A stretch of 64,000 nt of DNA, taken from an uncultured Candidatus Saccharibacteria bacterium. GTDB taxonomy: Bacteria > Patescibacteriota > SICC01 > CAYSOT01. The translations under genes were made by a program, and so were the position numbers. This document shows, piece after piece, positions 45,776 to 55,464 of the stretch. The notes below the pieces were generated by a model. That model was not told where the DNA came from, did not search any database, and saw nothing but the letters and a program-made list of their open reading frames with translations. The stretch spans positions 66,096-130,095 of the forward strand of contig CAYSOT010000001.1 of NCBI GenBank assembly GCA_964432765.1, written 5' to 3'. Positions within the stretch are counted from its first letter, which is position 1; the number at the start of each line of letters is the position of its first letter.

Positions 45776-46030
45776 TTACACCTGGCCGTGATACCGCGGT
45801 GCCGCCTTCGAAGCGTCGGGGATGAGCCCGACGAGACAGGCCGTCATCTGCAGCATCGACTGCTTTGCCGGCGGACCCTCGACTCGCGAGACGTAACCGC
45901 AACCGCGACAAACCCGAAGGCCGTTGCGCTCGTTGTGGATCCGGTCCGTGCCGCACTGCGCGCAGTGCTCTCTCGTCTCGAGAATTGGCTCGAACCCGGT
46001 TCGGATTTCGGTACTACAGGTTTGGACCAT
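45776..46030 (-). CDS. Hypothetical zinc-ribbon protein (CxxC...CxxC), GC-rich
   Basis: The motif CAQCGTDRIHNERNGLRVCRGCG is present. Overlapping alternative ORFs exist on both strands, so this may be a gene remnant. Confidence 0.3.
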   Translation of the reverse strand: MVQTCSTEIRTGFEPILETREHCAQCGTDRIHNERNGLRVCRGCGYVSRVEGPPAKQSMLQMTACLVGLIPDASKAAPRYHGQV

Positions 46031-46105
46031 AACCGCTCCCGGTTGTTGAACGTGCTGGTTGCATGCTACGCCCCTGGAAGAACTAGGGCAAGAATGCCAT
46101 ACTGA

Positions 46106-46873
46106 TTGTTGATGAACTCAACTAATGCCATTTCGGTAAAGAATCTGCGGAAGCAGTATAAAGATGGTCCTGAAGCGCTTAAAGGGATCGATTTAGAAAT
46201 TGCTGAAGGCGAATTTTTTGGTTTGCTTGGCCCAAACGGTGCCGGTAAATCAACTCTCATTCATTCCATCACCGGCCTTGCTATTCCAACTAGCGGGGAA
46301 ATTTCTGTGTTTGGCCACGATGCGGTAAAGGATTACCAGCATGCCCGCAGCTACGTCGGTCTCGCTCCGCAGGAGCTGAATTTGGACTGGTTCTTAACCG
46401 TCGAGGAAACACTTGATTATCACGGCGGCTATTTCGGGATGCAAAAACCAGATCGTAAAAAGCGTATCACTGAACTACTCGAAGCGTTTTCACTTTCAGA
46501 TAAGCGTAAAACTAACATTCGGATGCTCTCCGGCGGCATGAAACGACGGCTTGTCATAGCACGTGCCCTTATGCACGAACCTCGAATGCTGATTCTTGAT
46601 GAACCAACTGCTGGGGTTGATGTTGAGCTACGTCTTGAGCTTTGGCACTACATGCGCGACGTCAATAAATCCGGTACAACCATTCTGTTAACGACGCACT
46701 ACATCGAAGAAGCTGAGGAGCTGTGCAGCAGGATAGCCCTGATCAACCATGGCCAGCTTGTTCAAATTGGCACGACCGCTGAACTAAAGAAGGAATACGG
46801 CAAGAAGACGCTTGAAGACGTTTACCTCCAGGTGGTAGGCCGAGAAGAGCTGGCAAGGACGGCAGAAGTATGA
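46106..46873 (+). CDS. ABC transporter ATP-binding protein (ABC-2/DrrA-like)
   Basis: Walker A: GPNGAGKST. ABC signature: LSGGMKRR. Walker B: LILDEPTAGVD. Confidence 0.9.
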   Translation: MLMNSTNAISVKNLRKQYKDGPEALKGIDLEIAEGEFFGLLGPNGAGKSTLIHSITGLAIPTSGEISVFGHDAVKDYQHARSYVGLAPQELNLDWFLTVEETLDYHGGYFGMQKPDRKKRITELLEAFSLSDKRKTNIRMLSGGMKRRLVIARALMHEPRMLILDEPTAGVDVELRLELWHYMRDVNKSGTTILLTTHYIEEAEELCSRIALINHGQLVQIGTTAELKKEYGKKTLEDVYLQVVGREELARTAEV

Positions 46874-47640
46874 AATTACTTCCTTCAATCCGCTTCCGAA
46901 CGATGCTTCGCCGAGAAGTCACGAGGTTCTGGCTTATAAAACGACAGACTATTCTCACACCACTGCTTGAGACATACCTCTACATTGCCGTCTTTGGCGC
47001 ATCACTGGGGTCTCGCGTTGGCGAGCTCAACGGTGTTCCCTACCAGACGTTCATCCTGCCTGGATTAATCATGATGGCGATGGCGATGAACTCATTTGCC
47101 AACAATGTCGCCAGCGTCTTCCAGCAACGTTTTCAGCGCGCCATCGACGACCAGCTTACATCGCCACTTGCTAACATCGAGCTCGTGACGGCCTTTACCC
47201 TTGGCGGATTTCTGCGTGGAGCGATTGTCGCGACCGTAACGTTCCTCACAGCAAGTACATTTGTTGATCTTCCAATTACTCATCCTCTACTATTGCTGGC
47301 AAGCCTGACACTGATTGGTTTATTCTTCGCAATGCTCGGCGTCTTGCTCGGCACCATAGCCGAAAGTTTTGATAATATCTCTCTCTACCAAAGCTTTATT
47401 TTGCAGCCGCTCATCTTCCTTGGCGGAGTCTTCTATTCTGTAACACTGCTCCCAGAACCCTTCAAGACGATTACGCACTTCAATCCCGTTTTTTACATGA
47501 TCAATATGGTCCGCTACGGATTTCTTGGTAAAGCCGATGTACAACCATGGCTCGCATTAAGCATTTTGTTCATAATCGTTGCTATTCTCTATCTCGCACT
47601 GCTGCGGCTCTTCAAGTCCGGCTATAAGCTACGTTTTTAA
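46870..47640 (+). CDS. ABC-2 type transporter permease
   Basis: It has six TM helices and overlaps the ATPase gene by 4 nt. Confidence 0.8.
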   Translation: MKLLPSIRFRTMLRREVTRFWLIKRQTILTPLLETYLYIAVFGASLGSRVGELNGVPYQTFILPGLIMMAMAMNSFANNVASVFQQRFQRAIDDQLTSPLANIELVTAFTLGGFLRGAIVATVTFLTASTFVDLPITHPLLLLASLTLIGLFFAMLGVLLGTIAESFDNISLYQSFILQPLIFLGGVFYSVTLLPEPFKTITHFNPVFYMINMVRYGFLGKADVQPWLALSILFIIVAILYLALLRLFKSGYKLRF

Positions 47641-47656
47641 GTCACTCAAAGCGAAA

Positions 47657-47697
47657 GTGGCAGACAAGTCTCAGGGTGGTGAGGGCTTGTCTGCCAC
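47657..47697. terminator. Long hairpin (12-bp stem GTGGCAGACAAG/CTTGTCTGCCAC, 17-nt loop) after ABC operon; possible terminator
   Basis: The inverted repeat is read directly. There is no clear T-run on the plus strand, but the segment is T-rich on the minus side. Confidence 0.35.
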
Positions 47698-47958
47698 TGG
47701 GCGCGTCTTCATGAAGTGCGAGGGGTCCTTCTGGTGACGGGTCGGCGGATCGAAGGGCGGGTGGTCGGAGCGGGTCGCGCATTGCGTCGCTTTTCCTCCA
47801 GCTTCCTTCTGCGTCGCTCTTCCATCACCATCGCTACCTTCTTCTTCTGCACGTGAGTCCTTCCTCTGTAGACACGGTCGAAGCGCAAAACCTATCATAC
47901 CGTGACCAAAGGCTCGTGTCATGGCAGCACGTCTAGAAATATGAAGTTTCGCTTGTGA

Positions 47959-48456
47959 TTATTTCTGAACGGACGAGGTGGCTCGGCGTGGAGTAAACGT
48001 CTTCTTGACCCAATCAGTAACCAGCGAATGTTGATGTTCAGGAAAACCATCAACACGCAAAGGCTCGCCAAGCGGTTGTCCACCGATGTCCCGAATCAGT
48101 GCTATGAGGTGATCAGCACTCGCGCAGAAGTTACTGTATTCATGGCGTCCTAGCGAAAACACGGCGACTGGCTTACCGGCAAGGTCCGCGCCAGCACGAA
48201 GAAGCTCGGCAAACTTGAACCACTGACTTGGGAGCTGGCCTTCAGTCAAACCAACGCCGATATCTGTCAGCCAGGTATTAGATCCGAAAACCAAGAGTTC
48301 GGGGGCATCAACCGCGTGCGGATCAAGATGCGTGACATCGGCTACAGTAACTTCGTATTTTTTTTGAAGCGCTTCGCCAATCCATTCGGCCACCATTTTG
48401 GTATTCCCCGAGTTTGATCCATAAACGATGAGTGCTCTTTGGCGCGCCATGCTCAC
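47959..48456 (-). CDS. Flavodoxin
   Basis: ALIVYGSNSGNTKMVAEWI is the flavodoxin FMN phosphate-binding loop. The protein is 165 aa. Confidence 0.8.
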   Translation of the reverse strand: MSMARQRALIVYGSNSGNTKMVAEWIGEALQKKYEVTVADVTHLDPHAVDAPELLVFGSNTWLTDIGVGLTEGQLPSQWFKFAELLRAGADLAGKPVAVFSLGRHEYSNFCASADHLIALIRDIGGQPLGEPLRVDGFPEHQHSLVTDWVKKTFTPRRATSSVQK

Positions 48457-48468
48457 ACCCTACCAGAA

Positions 48469-51400
48469 TCAGTGATGTTCTGGCATATGGAAGCGTCTGC
48501 GCACCTTTTCTGAAAGCCGCCGGAAAGCAATGTACATGATCGGAGAAACAAACAACGACAGGAAACCAGACGTAAGCAAGCCAAACATTACGACTACGGC
48601 TAGCGAGCGATAGAACGGAGCAAATACGGCCAGCGGCGTGAGTGAAAAAAGCGCCGTTAACTTAGTCAGAATGATTGGCCGGAAACGGATGCCGGAAGCG
48701 TAGGTAATCGCCTCTTTGTCGTCCCAACCATCGCGAACTTTGTGGTTCGCGAGGTCCATCAAGAAGATCGCCACATTTACGACGAGTCCGACAAGGATAA
48801 TCAGGCCTATAATCTCCAAGAAGCCAAACTGGCTACCACCAACGAAGGCGAGCGCTGGGAAGACGCCAATAAATGTCAGAGGGATGGCAAAGAGAATAAT
48901 CAGCGGCTGCAGAAGCGAGTTGAAGAAAATTACGAGGCTGAGGTAGATCAGCAATATTGCGAGCAGTAGGGCGAGCCCAAGCTCTGTAAACGACTTCGCA
49001 ATCGATGCGACATCACCTTCGGAGTAGTTTTCCACTACTACATCTCTGTACTTAGAAGCGTAGTCTTTCTTGAATGCATCAATCGCGGCTTTTTGGATCA
49101 TTGCGTTGGTTTGCTGATCATTAACATCGCCGGTTGGCTTGGCCTTAACTACTCCGACGGTTTCGCCTTTAACACGCGTTATTGAACCAAGTGACGGTAC
49201 TTGCGATATATTTGCGACGCTGCCCAGCGCAACCGCTTGACCGGTCAGTGTTGGGACGGGTGTCGCAGCAAGTGCCTCGATAGTAGTAGGCTGCGGTACA
49301 GCAAGCTTCACAACGACATCCAAATCTTCGCCAGTATCGTTGACGGTTGTTACCTTCTTCCCATCGTTGAGACCATACAGACTGGCGAGCGTTTGACGCA
49401 CTGCAAGCGGCTGAACTGGTATCGCGGCGGTCTTTGCTGGATCAAGCTTAACTTCTACAAACGTTACTGGTCTCGAATCAAATCCGTTGTCGACCCGCGC
49501 TACGGCCTTTTGGTCAGTTGGGCAGTCTGCCTTAACCACATATGATGAGCCCTCTTTACAGACCTGCGTGAGAATTGTGCCGAGATCTTTGGATACCGAC
49601 TCTTGTGTGGTTAGGTTCTCGGTCTTAATTCCTATCGAGATCGGGAAATTAGATGTACTTGGACCAGCTCCGGCAACACCCGAAGTGATCTCAAAGAATC
49701 TATTCTGAATTGAACTCTCCTTGAGACGCCCAGTTATGCCGTTGTTAATTTCTTCGGCAGAAATCTTTCGTTCGTTTAGATCCGTCAAACCAATCACGTA
49801 CGTGTTTTCACTCGGTGACGTGGCAAACTCTTGCAGAGGTGTAACGTAGCGCACCTCTGATGATTTCATGACCGCCTGCACTACGGCTTCAGTGTCTTGC
49901 CGTCGCTGCTCAGCGGTGCGTTGTGGATATGGAATTGTCGTGAGGATGAGATAGTTGGCTTCTTTTGATTTCGCGAACTGGACAATTTTTAGTGCACCTG
50001 TGCCGATCATGACCTGGGCTATTAGAACCGGAACTATAAGAGCGCTGATTACGATAAGTGATCGTTTCCATTTGGCTGAATGCAAAATCTTCTTGTTAGT
50101 TCGCATCATCCAGCGTGCTGCCGGCCAAAGATTCTCTTCTTCGGCAGTCTTCGCACCAGGTCGTCGGCGCAAGAATCGTCTCGCTACTGGAGCCAAGAAA
50201 ACCAGCGGAACTACGTATGAAGCAAGAATCGCCGGAATAACCGTCAGTGGAATATAGGAAATAATTTCACCAAAGACACCTGAAACGACGCCAAATGGCA
50301 CAAAGACGAGCGTCGAACAAAGAACCGCCATAAAGAGTCCACCACCGATCTCGTTGATTGCGGCGAGAACGGCTTTGGTTCCCTTCAGCCCAGCGTCCAC
50401 CTTACGCTGAATCACTTCCAGCACTACAAGTGCTGGATCAACCACCAGTCCAATCACCAGTACCAGCGAGAAGAGTACGAGTGTGTTGAGTTCATTGCCG
50501 GTAAGCCAAATCAGAATCGTCGAGAAGAAGAACGACAATGGTATCGCCAACGCTGAAAGAATTGCCGCTCGCCAGGAGACAAGCAGAAGCATGATTACAA
50601 AGACAAGCTGGATACCACCGAAGAGATATCCAACCCACCCAATTGGTCCGAGATTCCAGTCTCGACCAAATAGACCTGTTTTGATCTCTTTTACCTGCTC
50701 GCGATTATCCGCGGCCGTATCGAAGGCTGTAACCGTCTCATAGCCTTCTAGCTGTTGCTTCGTTTCTTGTGGGAGTGCTTGGTATTCCGAAGATGATTGA
50801 TCAAAGTACTTTTTCAGAAGCGCTTGCAGTCTCTCGTCATAAGTACCAAGGTTTTCTCCATCGGCTACGTCGATTGAGAAGATAACGCCTTGTGCGAATC
50901 GTTGTTCGCCATTTTGGCGATACCCAACCCATGAAAGATTCGGTTCTTCATAGGTGTATGTGTCCTGAATCGTGCCAAGATCACGAAGCGCGACGACACT
51001 GCCCGGCTTGGAGGGCGAAAGGATTGTCAAATTTCTTAAGTCGGTAACTGATGCTCCGCCCGTCGAAAGTAGGATGTTGGTTTCTTTGCCGTTTAGCTCC
51101 GCATTATCCGTAACGGGTATTTGCAAGCCGAAACCTTGCAGCTGTGAAGTAACATCGCTGGGTGAAAGCCCTGCCGCTGCCAGCTTGGCGGGATCCAGCG
51201 ATACGGTGTATTGTTTTTCAAACGTATTAGAGAAATTCACGGCCGCTACAGCTGTGTCTTTCTCTATCTCGCGCTGAAGCAATTTCGTGACTTGATATGC
51301 ACGTGCCAGATCGGCCTGACCATTCCTCGGCACTACTGCGAAATAGTATTCGTCTGAACTGACTTTCGGCGTGAAGATTGTCGGCTTTTCTGCACCATCC

Positions 51401-51792
51401 GGAAGCTTGAGCGACTTCACGGCCCCATCAATTTTTCCTGACAGTGAATCAACGGCGACATCTGGATTCGCGACTACTGAAATCGTGGAGCTGTTGTTCG
51501 AAGACGTCGACGAGTAAGACTTTACCCCGGAGATAGATTTAATTTCGCCTTCAATTGGCTTTGTCACGGTCTCCTGAACGGTCTGCGCAGAAGCGCCCGG
51601 GTACACCGTTTGAACAATCAGCAGGTCAAGTTTTGGAGAGGGGAATCCGGATGTTCGAAGCGACACAATCGAGAGCGACCCAAGAACCACTAACAGCATC
51701 AACAACATCGCTGTCAGGCGGGTGCGCCTCAGAAAGAACTGAGCGATGCGGGCGTTGATGCCGAGTTTGTCAGAAGGCTTCGTTTCGGCCAT
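48469..51792 (-). CDS. RND-superfamily / MMPL-type membrane exporter
   Basis: The topology is 12 TM helices with two large extracytoplasmic loops. The track ORF extends to 52059, but the likely start is Met 51792 (MAETKPSDKLGINARIAQFFLRR), which avoids overlap with the divergent sppA. Confidence 0.75.
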   Translation of the reverse strand: MAETKPSDKLGINARIAQFFLRRTRLTAMLLMLLVVLGSLSIVSLRTSGFPSPKLDLLIVQTVYPGASAQTVQETVTKPIEGEIKSISGVKSYSSTSSNNSSTISVVANPDVAVDSLSGKIDGAVKSLKLPDGAEKPTIFTPKVSSDEYYFAVVPRNGQADLARAYQVTKLLQREIEKDTAVAAVNFSNTFEKQYTVSLDPAKLAAAGLSPSDVTSQLQGFGLQIPVTDNAELNGKETNILLSTGGASVTDLRNLTILSPSKPGSVVALRDLGTIQDTYTYEEPNLSWVGYRQNGEQRFAQGVIFSIDVADGENLGTYDERLQALLKKYFDQSSSEYQALPQETKQQLEGYETVTAFDTAADNREQVKEIKTGLFGRDWNLGPIGWVGYLFGGIQLVFVIMLLLVSWRAAILSALAIPLSFFFSTILIWLTGNELNTLVLFSLVLVIGLVVDPALVVLEVIQRKVDAGLKGTKAVLAAINEIGGGLFMAVLCSTLVFVPFGVVSGVFGEIISYIPLTVIPAILASYVVPLVFLAPVARRFLRRRPGAKTAEEENLWPAARWMMRTNKKILHSAKWKRSLIVISALIVPVLIAQVMIGTGALKIVQFAKSKEANYLILTTIPYPQRTAEQRRQDTEAVVQAVMKSSEVRYVTPLQEFATSPSENTYVIGLTDLNERKISAEEINNGITGRLKESSIQNRFFEITSGVAGAGPSTSNFPISIGIKTENLTTQESVSKDLGTILTQVCKEGSSYVVKADCPTDQKAVARVDNGFDSRPVTFVEVKLDPAKTAAIPVQPLAVRQTLASLYGLNDGKKVTTVNDTGEDLDVVVKLAVPQPTTIEALAATPVPTLTGQAVALGSVANISQVPSLGSITRVKGETVGVVKAKPTGDVNDQQTNAMIQKAAIDAFKKDYASKYRDVVVENYSEGDVASIAKSFTELGLALLLAILLIYLSLVIFFNSLLQPLIILFAIPLTFIGVFPALAFVGGSQFGFLEIIGLIILVGLVVNVAIFLMDLANHKVRDGWDDKEAITYASGIRFRPIILTKLTALFSLTPLAVFAPFYRSLAVVVMFGLLTSGFLSLFVSPIMYIAFRRLSEKVRRRFHMPEHH

Positions 51793-51853
51793 ATGGCATA
51801 AGTTTAACGCAGCTAGAATTGTTTGTCCCCGTGGCGAAGGGTAGGATACCTGT

Positions 51854-52915
51854 ATGCGCAGCTTAGGAATTTTTGCGGCAAAGACAGCGATCGTCACGAT
51901 GGCGGCAATGATGGCTTTTTCCTTAATCGTGATTGTCCCTATCTTTCTAATCTTCGCGTTGCTTATCGCAAGCATTGGCGGTTCTGGTTCCGGCTCGACC
52001 AGCTTTGGGTCTGGCGGCGCTTCGCACACGTTTTTGGCAATTCCGGTCAAGGGCGTCATTGAAGGGACCGAAACTCAGTCTAATGACCCCTTTGGACTTT
52101 CCGACGAAAGCGTCGCGTATGGATATGCAATCAAAAGAGAGCTTTATCAGGCTGCGAAGAATGATTCTGTCGACGGCGTGGTGCTCGATATAGACTCCCC
52201 AGGCGGCACGATATACGGAGCTCGGGCAATTGCAGATGGAGTTGATCACTATAAACAGAAAACAAACAAACCCGTTTTTGCGTTTATTAGCGGGCTGGGT
52301 GCCAGCGGTGGATACTGGGCCGCCGCATCAGCAGATAAAATCATCGTTGATTACGGAAGCACCGTTGGCAGCATTGGAGTAATCAGTGGACCGTTCAAAT
52401 TCTACGACCGGCCAACTGCCGAAGACGGTGGAATTCTTACCGGGGGCATCGTAACTCAAAATGGAATTGAAACTGTCACCCTAACAGCCGGCAAGTCAAA
52501 GGATATTGGCAATCCTTACCGCCGTTTAACGGAGGGTGAAATCGCAACTCTGCAAACTGGCCTAAACAATGAATACGATGACTTTGTCTCTTATGTCTCG
52601 CAGAGGCGGGGTATCGATCAAAAAGTGTTGCGAGAACAGATTGGTGCTCTCATCTATGACAGCAAAACGGCAACTTCAATAAAGCTTACTGATGCCATTG
52701 CACCTCGCGAAGAAGCCTACGGTATGCTTGCCGATACAGCCGGTGTTCCGAGACGGGATTTCAAAGTCGTCGAGTCGTCATCGGGTAGTGGTACAGCTGC
52801 CATTGCGAGTAGTTTGCTTGGCAAAGAGAGGGAGTCCGACTCTTCTAGAAGCTGCTTTGAATCAACGATTCTGTTTGCCTTTTATGGCAACATCGACTCA
52901 ATCTGTAGTCGCTGA
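51854..52915 (+). CDS. sppA: Signal peptide peptidase SppA (S49 family)
   Basis: There is an N-terminal TM segment. Matching motifs are VVLDIDSPGGT and ISGLGASGGYWAAASADKIIV, with a Ser-Lys dyad. Confidence 0.8.
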   Translation: MRSLGIFAAKTAIVTMAAMMAFSLIVIVPIFLIFALLIASIGGSGSGSTSFGSGGASHTFLAIPVKGVIEGTETQSNDPFGLSDESVAYGYAIKRELYQAAKNDSVDGVVLDIDSPGGTIYGARAIADGVDHYKQKTNKPVFAFISGLGASGGYWAAASADKIIVDYGSTVGSIGVISGPFKFYDRPTAEDGGILTGGIVTQNGIETVTLTAGKSKDIGNPYRRLTEGEIATLQTGLNNEYDDFVSYVSQRRGIDQKVLREQIGALIYDSKTATSIKLTDAIAPREEAYGMLADTAGVPRRDFKVVESSSGSGTAAIASSLLGKERESDSSRSCFESTILFAFYGNIDSICSR

Positions 52916-53605
52916 TCATGTTCGCTTGAGCCCGGCTCTGGGCATCACACCGAACGTCAAAATAAGTGCTAAGAGAAGCGCAAAGCCGCACATAATCGAG
53001 GGCACCGCTATTCGCGTTGTGGCATTAATAACATTGACGAAAAACGTTGGTAGCAAGATGGCGAGATAGCCAACAAAGAGCCAGCGTGCAGCGGCTGACT
53101 TTTTCTCGCCCGCCATCATAGTTTGGTATGCGTACAACATTCCTATTCCAATGAGACCAAAGTAGTAAACACCGTACAGCAGATTTGCTGGATGCGCGAG
53201 CGTGAGAATTGTGTAATTGCCGGTGCATGCCACAGTCGTAATCGAAAATGGTAAAACTAGAAATAGTACGCACCAGACTGCGGCAAGAAAGAGTGAATAT
53301 CGCGCAACTTGTTCATCGCGCCCGGCCAGTGTCGTGGCAAGACGAATCCCCAGTGGCGGCAACAAGGTAATCGCAATATAGCCAAGTATCGCTACTGGTC
53401 TCGATGGTTCGATCAAACAAATGACATATTCTGCAAGCTGAAATGCTCCGAGTAGCACTAAGAGACCAAATACTGATGAGCCGATTCGGTCCATTCGGTA
53501 GCGGGTGTAGATCCAGCCAGCCAGCGCCCACTCAAGAAAGAAGGTAGCGAGCATCACGCCTGGTGAAAAGCACCAGACTCGAGCGTTTCCCCTAGCGGGC
53601 ATCAA
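52916..53605 (-). CDS. Polytopic membrane protein of unknown function
   Basis: It has about 7 TM helices and no recognisable motif. Confidence 0.45.
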   Translation of the reverse strand: MMPARGNARVWCFSPGVMLATFFLEWALAGWIYTRYRMDRIGSSVFGLLVLLGAFQLAEYVICLIEPSRPVAILGYIAITLLPPLGIRLATTLAGRDEQVARYSLFLAAVWCVLFLVLPFSITTVACTGNYTILTLAHPANLLYGVYYFGLIGIGMLYAYQTMMAGEKKSAAARWLFVGYLAILLPTFFVNVINATTRIAVPSIMCGFALLLALILTFGVMPRAGLKRT

Positions 53606-53987
53606 CCAGATTTACAGTAATCTGTCGCTCGCGAGGACCATCAAATTCGAAGAGTACTACGCGTTGCCAGTTTCCCAGCTGCAGCGTACCTTCCTTTACT
53701 GGCACCGCGACATTCGGGCCAATCAGCGTAGCGATGATGTGGTCTGGTGTATGTTTCGGATTGTGAGGGTGACGATAATGTAATTTCGGCACCATCTTGT
53801 AGAAAGCATCTAGCATGTCGAGGTCAGTTCCAGGATCAAGGTCTGCCGTCGTCAACGCAGTGGTGGTATGTTGCACGAAAGCATGGCAAACGCCTTCTTG
53901 CAGGCCTGATTCCGTCACAATATTTTGCAGTCGCTCAGTAATATCGACGACTTGTTTGTTTTCTGCCGTTGGTTCACTAAATTCCAT
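53592..53987 (-). CDS. YjbQ/UPF0047 family protein (secondary thiamine-phosphate synthase-like)
   Basis: LQLGNWQRVVLFEFDGPRERQITV and HxxHxxxxH...DH match the UPF0047 motifs. The protein is 131 aa. Confidence 0.7.
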   Translation of the reverse strand: MEFSEPTAENKQVVDITERLQNIVTESGLQEGVCHAFVQHTTTALTTADLDPGTDLDMLDAFYKMVPKLHYRHPHNPKHTPDHIIATLIGPNVAVPVKEGTLQLGNWQRVVLFEFDGPRERQITVNLVDAR

Positions 53988-54114
53988 CTTTAACCTCGTT
54001 TGTTTGCCTTCACGCTACCACGTCCAAGGAGAGCCAAACAACTACTTTGCAGTTGTCTACAGATTTTCGGCGCGCTACAGTGAGCGTAGCAACAAAAATT
54101 AAACAAGAGGCCTT

Positions 54115-54474
54115 ATGCCACCCGCAAAGAAAACCACGACCCAGACCCCTGCTAAACCAGAGGTAATTGAGCTCACTTACGAACAGCCAATGTACCAGCG
54201 AGTAATTTATTTACTGCTCGGGATTATTAACGGCCTGCTTTTTTTCCGCCTGTTTTTCTTAATCTTCGGCGCCAACCCGCTTAACAACATTGTTGACGCT
54301 GTTTACCAGGTAACAAAACCCCTGGTACAGCCGTTTGTTGGAATGTTTCCTGGCATTGGAGATAAGGGATGGGATGGTTCAACCATCATGGCAATAATTT
54401 GTTACACCTTGCTTGCGCAGCTAGTGATTTACGTTATTCGCCCCTTTGTGCCAAACCGTACTGTCCAGCAGTAG
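54115..54474 (+). CDS. YggT-family membrane protein
   Basis: LLFFRLFFLIFGANPLNNIVDAVYQVTKPLVQPF...GWDGSTIMAIICYTLLAQLV follows the YggT pattern. Confidence 0.5.
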   Translation: MPPAKKTTTQTPAKPEVIELTYEQPMYQRVIYLLLGIINGLLFFRLFFLIFGANPLNNIVDAVYQVTKPLVQPFVGMFPGIGDKGWDGSTIMAIICYTLLAQLVIYVIRPFVPNRTVQQ

Positions 54475-55464
54475 TCAGGCCGGCTTTTTAACGACGAAGC
54501 GCTGCGCTAGCTGACCCTTTTTGCCGTCCAGTTCATAGAGCGTATCTTCACACATTTCCCAACCGGGGAAGGCATGTTCAAGCTCTCCATACATAAATGG
54601 ATATCGACACTCTGAATCATCTCTCAGGGTGCCAAGCCAGCCTTCGACATACAGCATCCCTTGAGGTTTAAGTGCATCACCCAACTTTCGGAATGCCTCC
54701 ATCCGGAAAACTGGATCGAGGAAATGGAGCGAGTGCCTGGCAACGATACCGTCATATTCACGGGCAAGCTGTGTTACCTCAATTCTCGCTTGCAGTGTTT
54801 CAAACGGAATTCCGAGCAGTTTTTGGAGCTCAACGAGTCTGGTGTGTTCTCCCGTGTCTGGTTCCACTGCTGTAACTTGTGCTCCCTTTCTCGCCATTTC
54901 TTGGGTAAGCAGTCCCCAGCCAGCGCCAACATCAAGAATTCTTCCGCTTGAAAAATGCTCTGCATGCTTGCCAAGCAAAGACTCGCGCTCTGAAAGCGTA
55001 ATGGTCATAGGCGTTTCCTGATACAACCGATCTGTGCGCAGAAAGCGGTACCCGAGTTGCATCAAGTAGCTTCGCCCGAGGCTTGGCGGAAGATTGATTG
55101 CCACTGTATCAATGTCTCGTTCAGTCGCGGCAGCTTCTGCATGAAGTGCAGCGGCAATGTACGCGATACCATCAGGAGCCGGTTCAACTTCGTAGATATT
55201 CTGCACAAACGTGGCGGGCGACTGGAGCAAACTACCGTCTGGTAGTTCGCTAACTCCGTGGCGCAAATTAACCAGGAGCTGGGGGTTTACTTCTGGTCCA
55301 AGCCGGAGCACCTCGGTCCGCGGAAGCGACGTGTTTTCTGGCGGACGCCCCTCAGTAAATTGGCCGTGAGCTCGCCAACGTTCCATATCGGCATGACTAG
55401 CCATTATTTTGTCCTGGGCCACGTTCAATCGGCAGTCGAAGTAGCGAGTCAAGCATTTTTGCAT
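54475..55464 (-). CDS. Class I SAM-dependent methyltransferase with ~150-aa N-terminal extension
   Basis: Motif I ILDVGAGWGLLTQEMARKG, and a post-I acidic residue in VTAVEPD. The start may be Met 55404. Confidence 0.7.
   Translation of the reverse strand: MQKCLTRYFDCRLNVAQDKIMASHADMERWRAHGQFTEGRPPENTSLPRTEVLRLGPEVNPQLLVNLRHGVSELPDGSLLQSPATFVQNIYEVEPAPDGIAYIAAALHAEAAATERDIDTVAINLPPSLGRSYLMQLGYRFLRTDRLYQETPMTITLSERESLLGKHAEHFSSGRILDVGAGWGLLTQEMARKGAQVTAVEPDTGEHTRLVELQKLLGIPFETLQARIEVTQLAREYDGIVARHSLHFLDPVFRMEAFRKLGDALKPQGMLYVEGWLGTLRDDSECRYPFMYGELEHAFPGWEMCEDTLYELDGKKGQLAQRFVVKKPA

Noticed and set aside
45503-45956. Overlapping 84-125-aa ORFs on both strands within the GC-rich island
   Set aside because: These are mutually exclusive overlapping frames in high-GC DNA and at most one can be real. 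Only the Zn-ribbon ORF (45776-46030) has a recognisable motif, and even that is low confidence.
47671-47922. 83-aa minus-strand ORF in the GC-rich ABC/flavodoxin intergenic region
   Set aside because: The predicted protein is Arg/Gly/Asp-rich low-complexity and the ORF is probably a by-product of high GC. It is treated as non-coding.
48716-50743. Several plus-strand ORFs (75-114 aa) inside the MMPL/RND gene
   Set aside because: They are antisense to a long, clearly membrane-protein-coding frame and show no independent signals.
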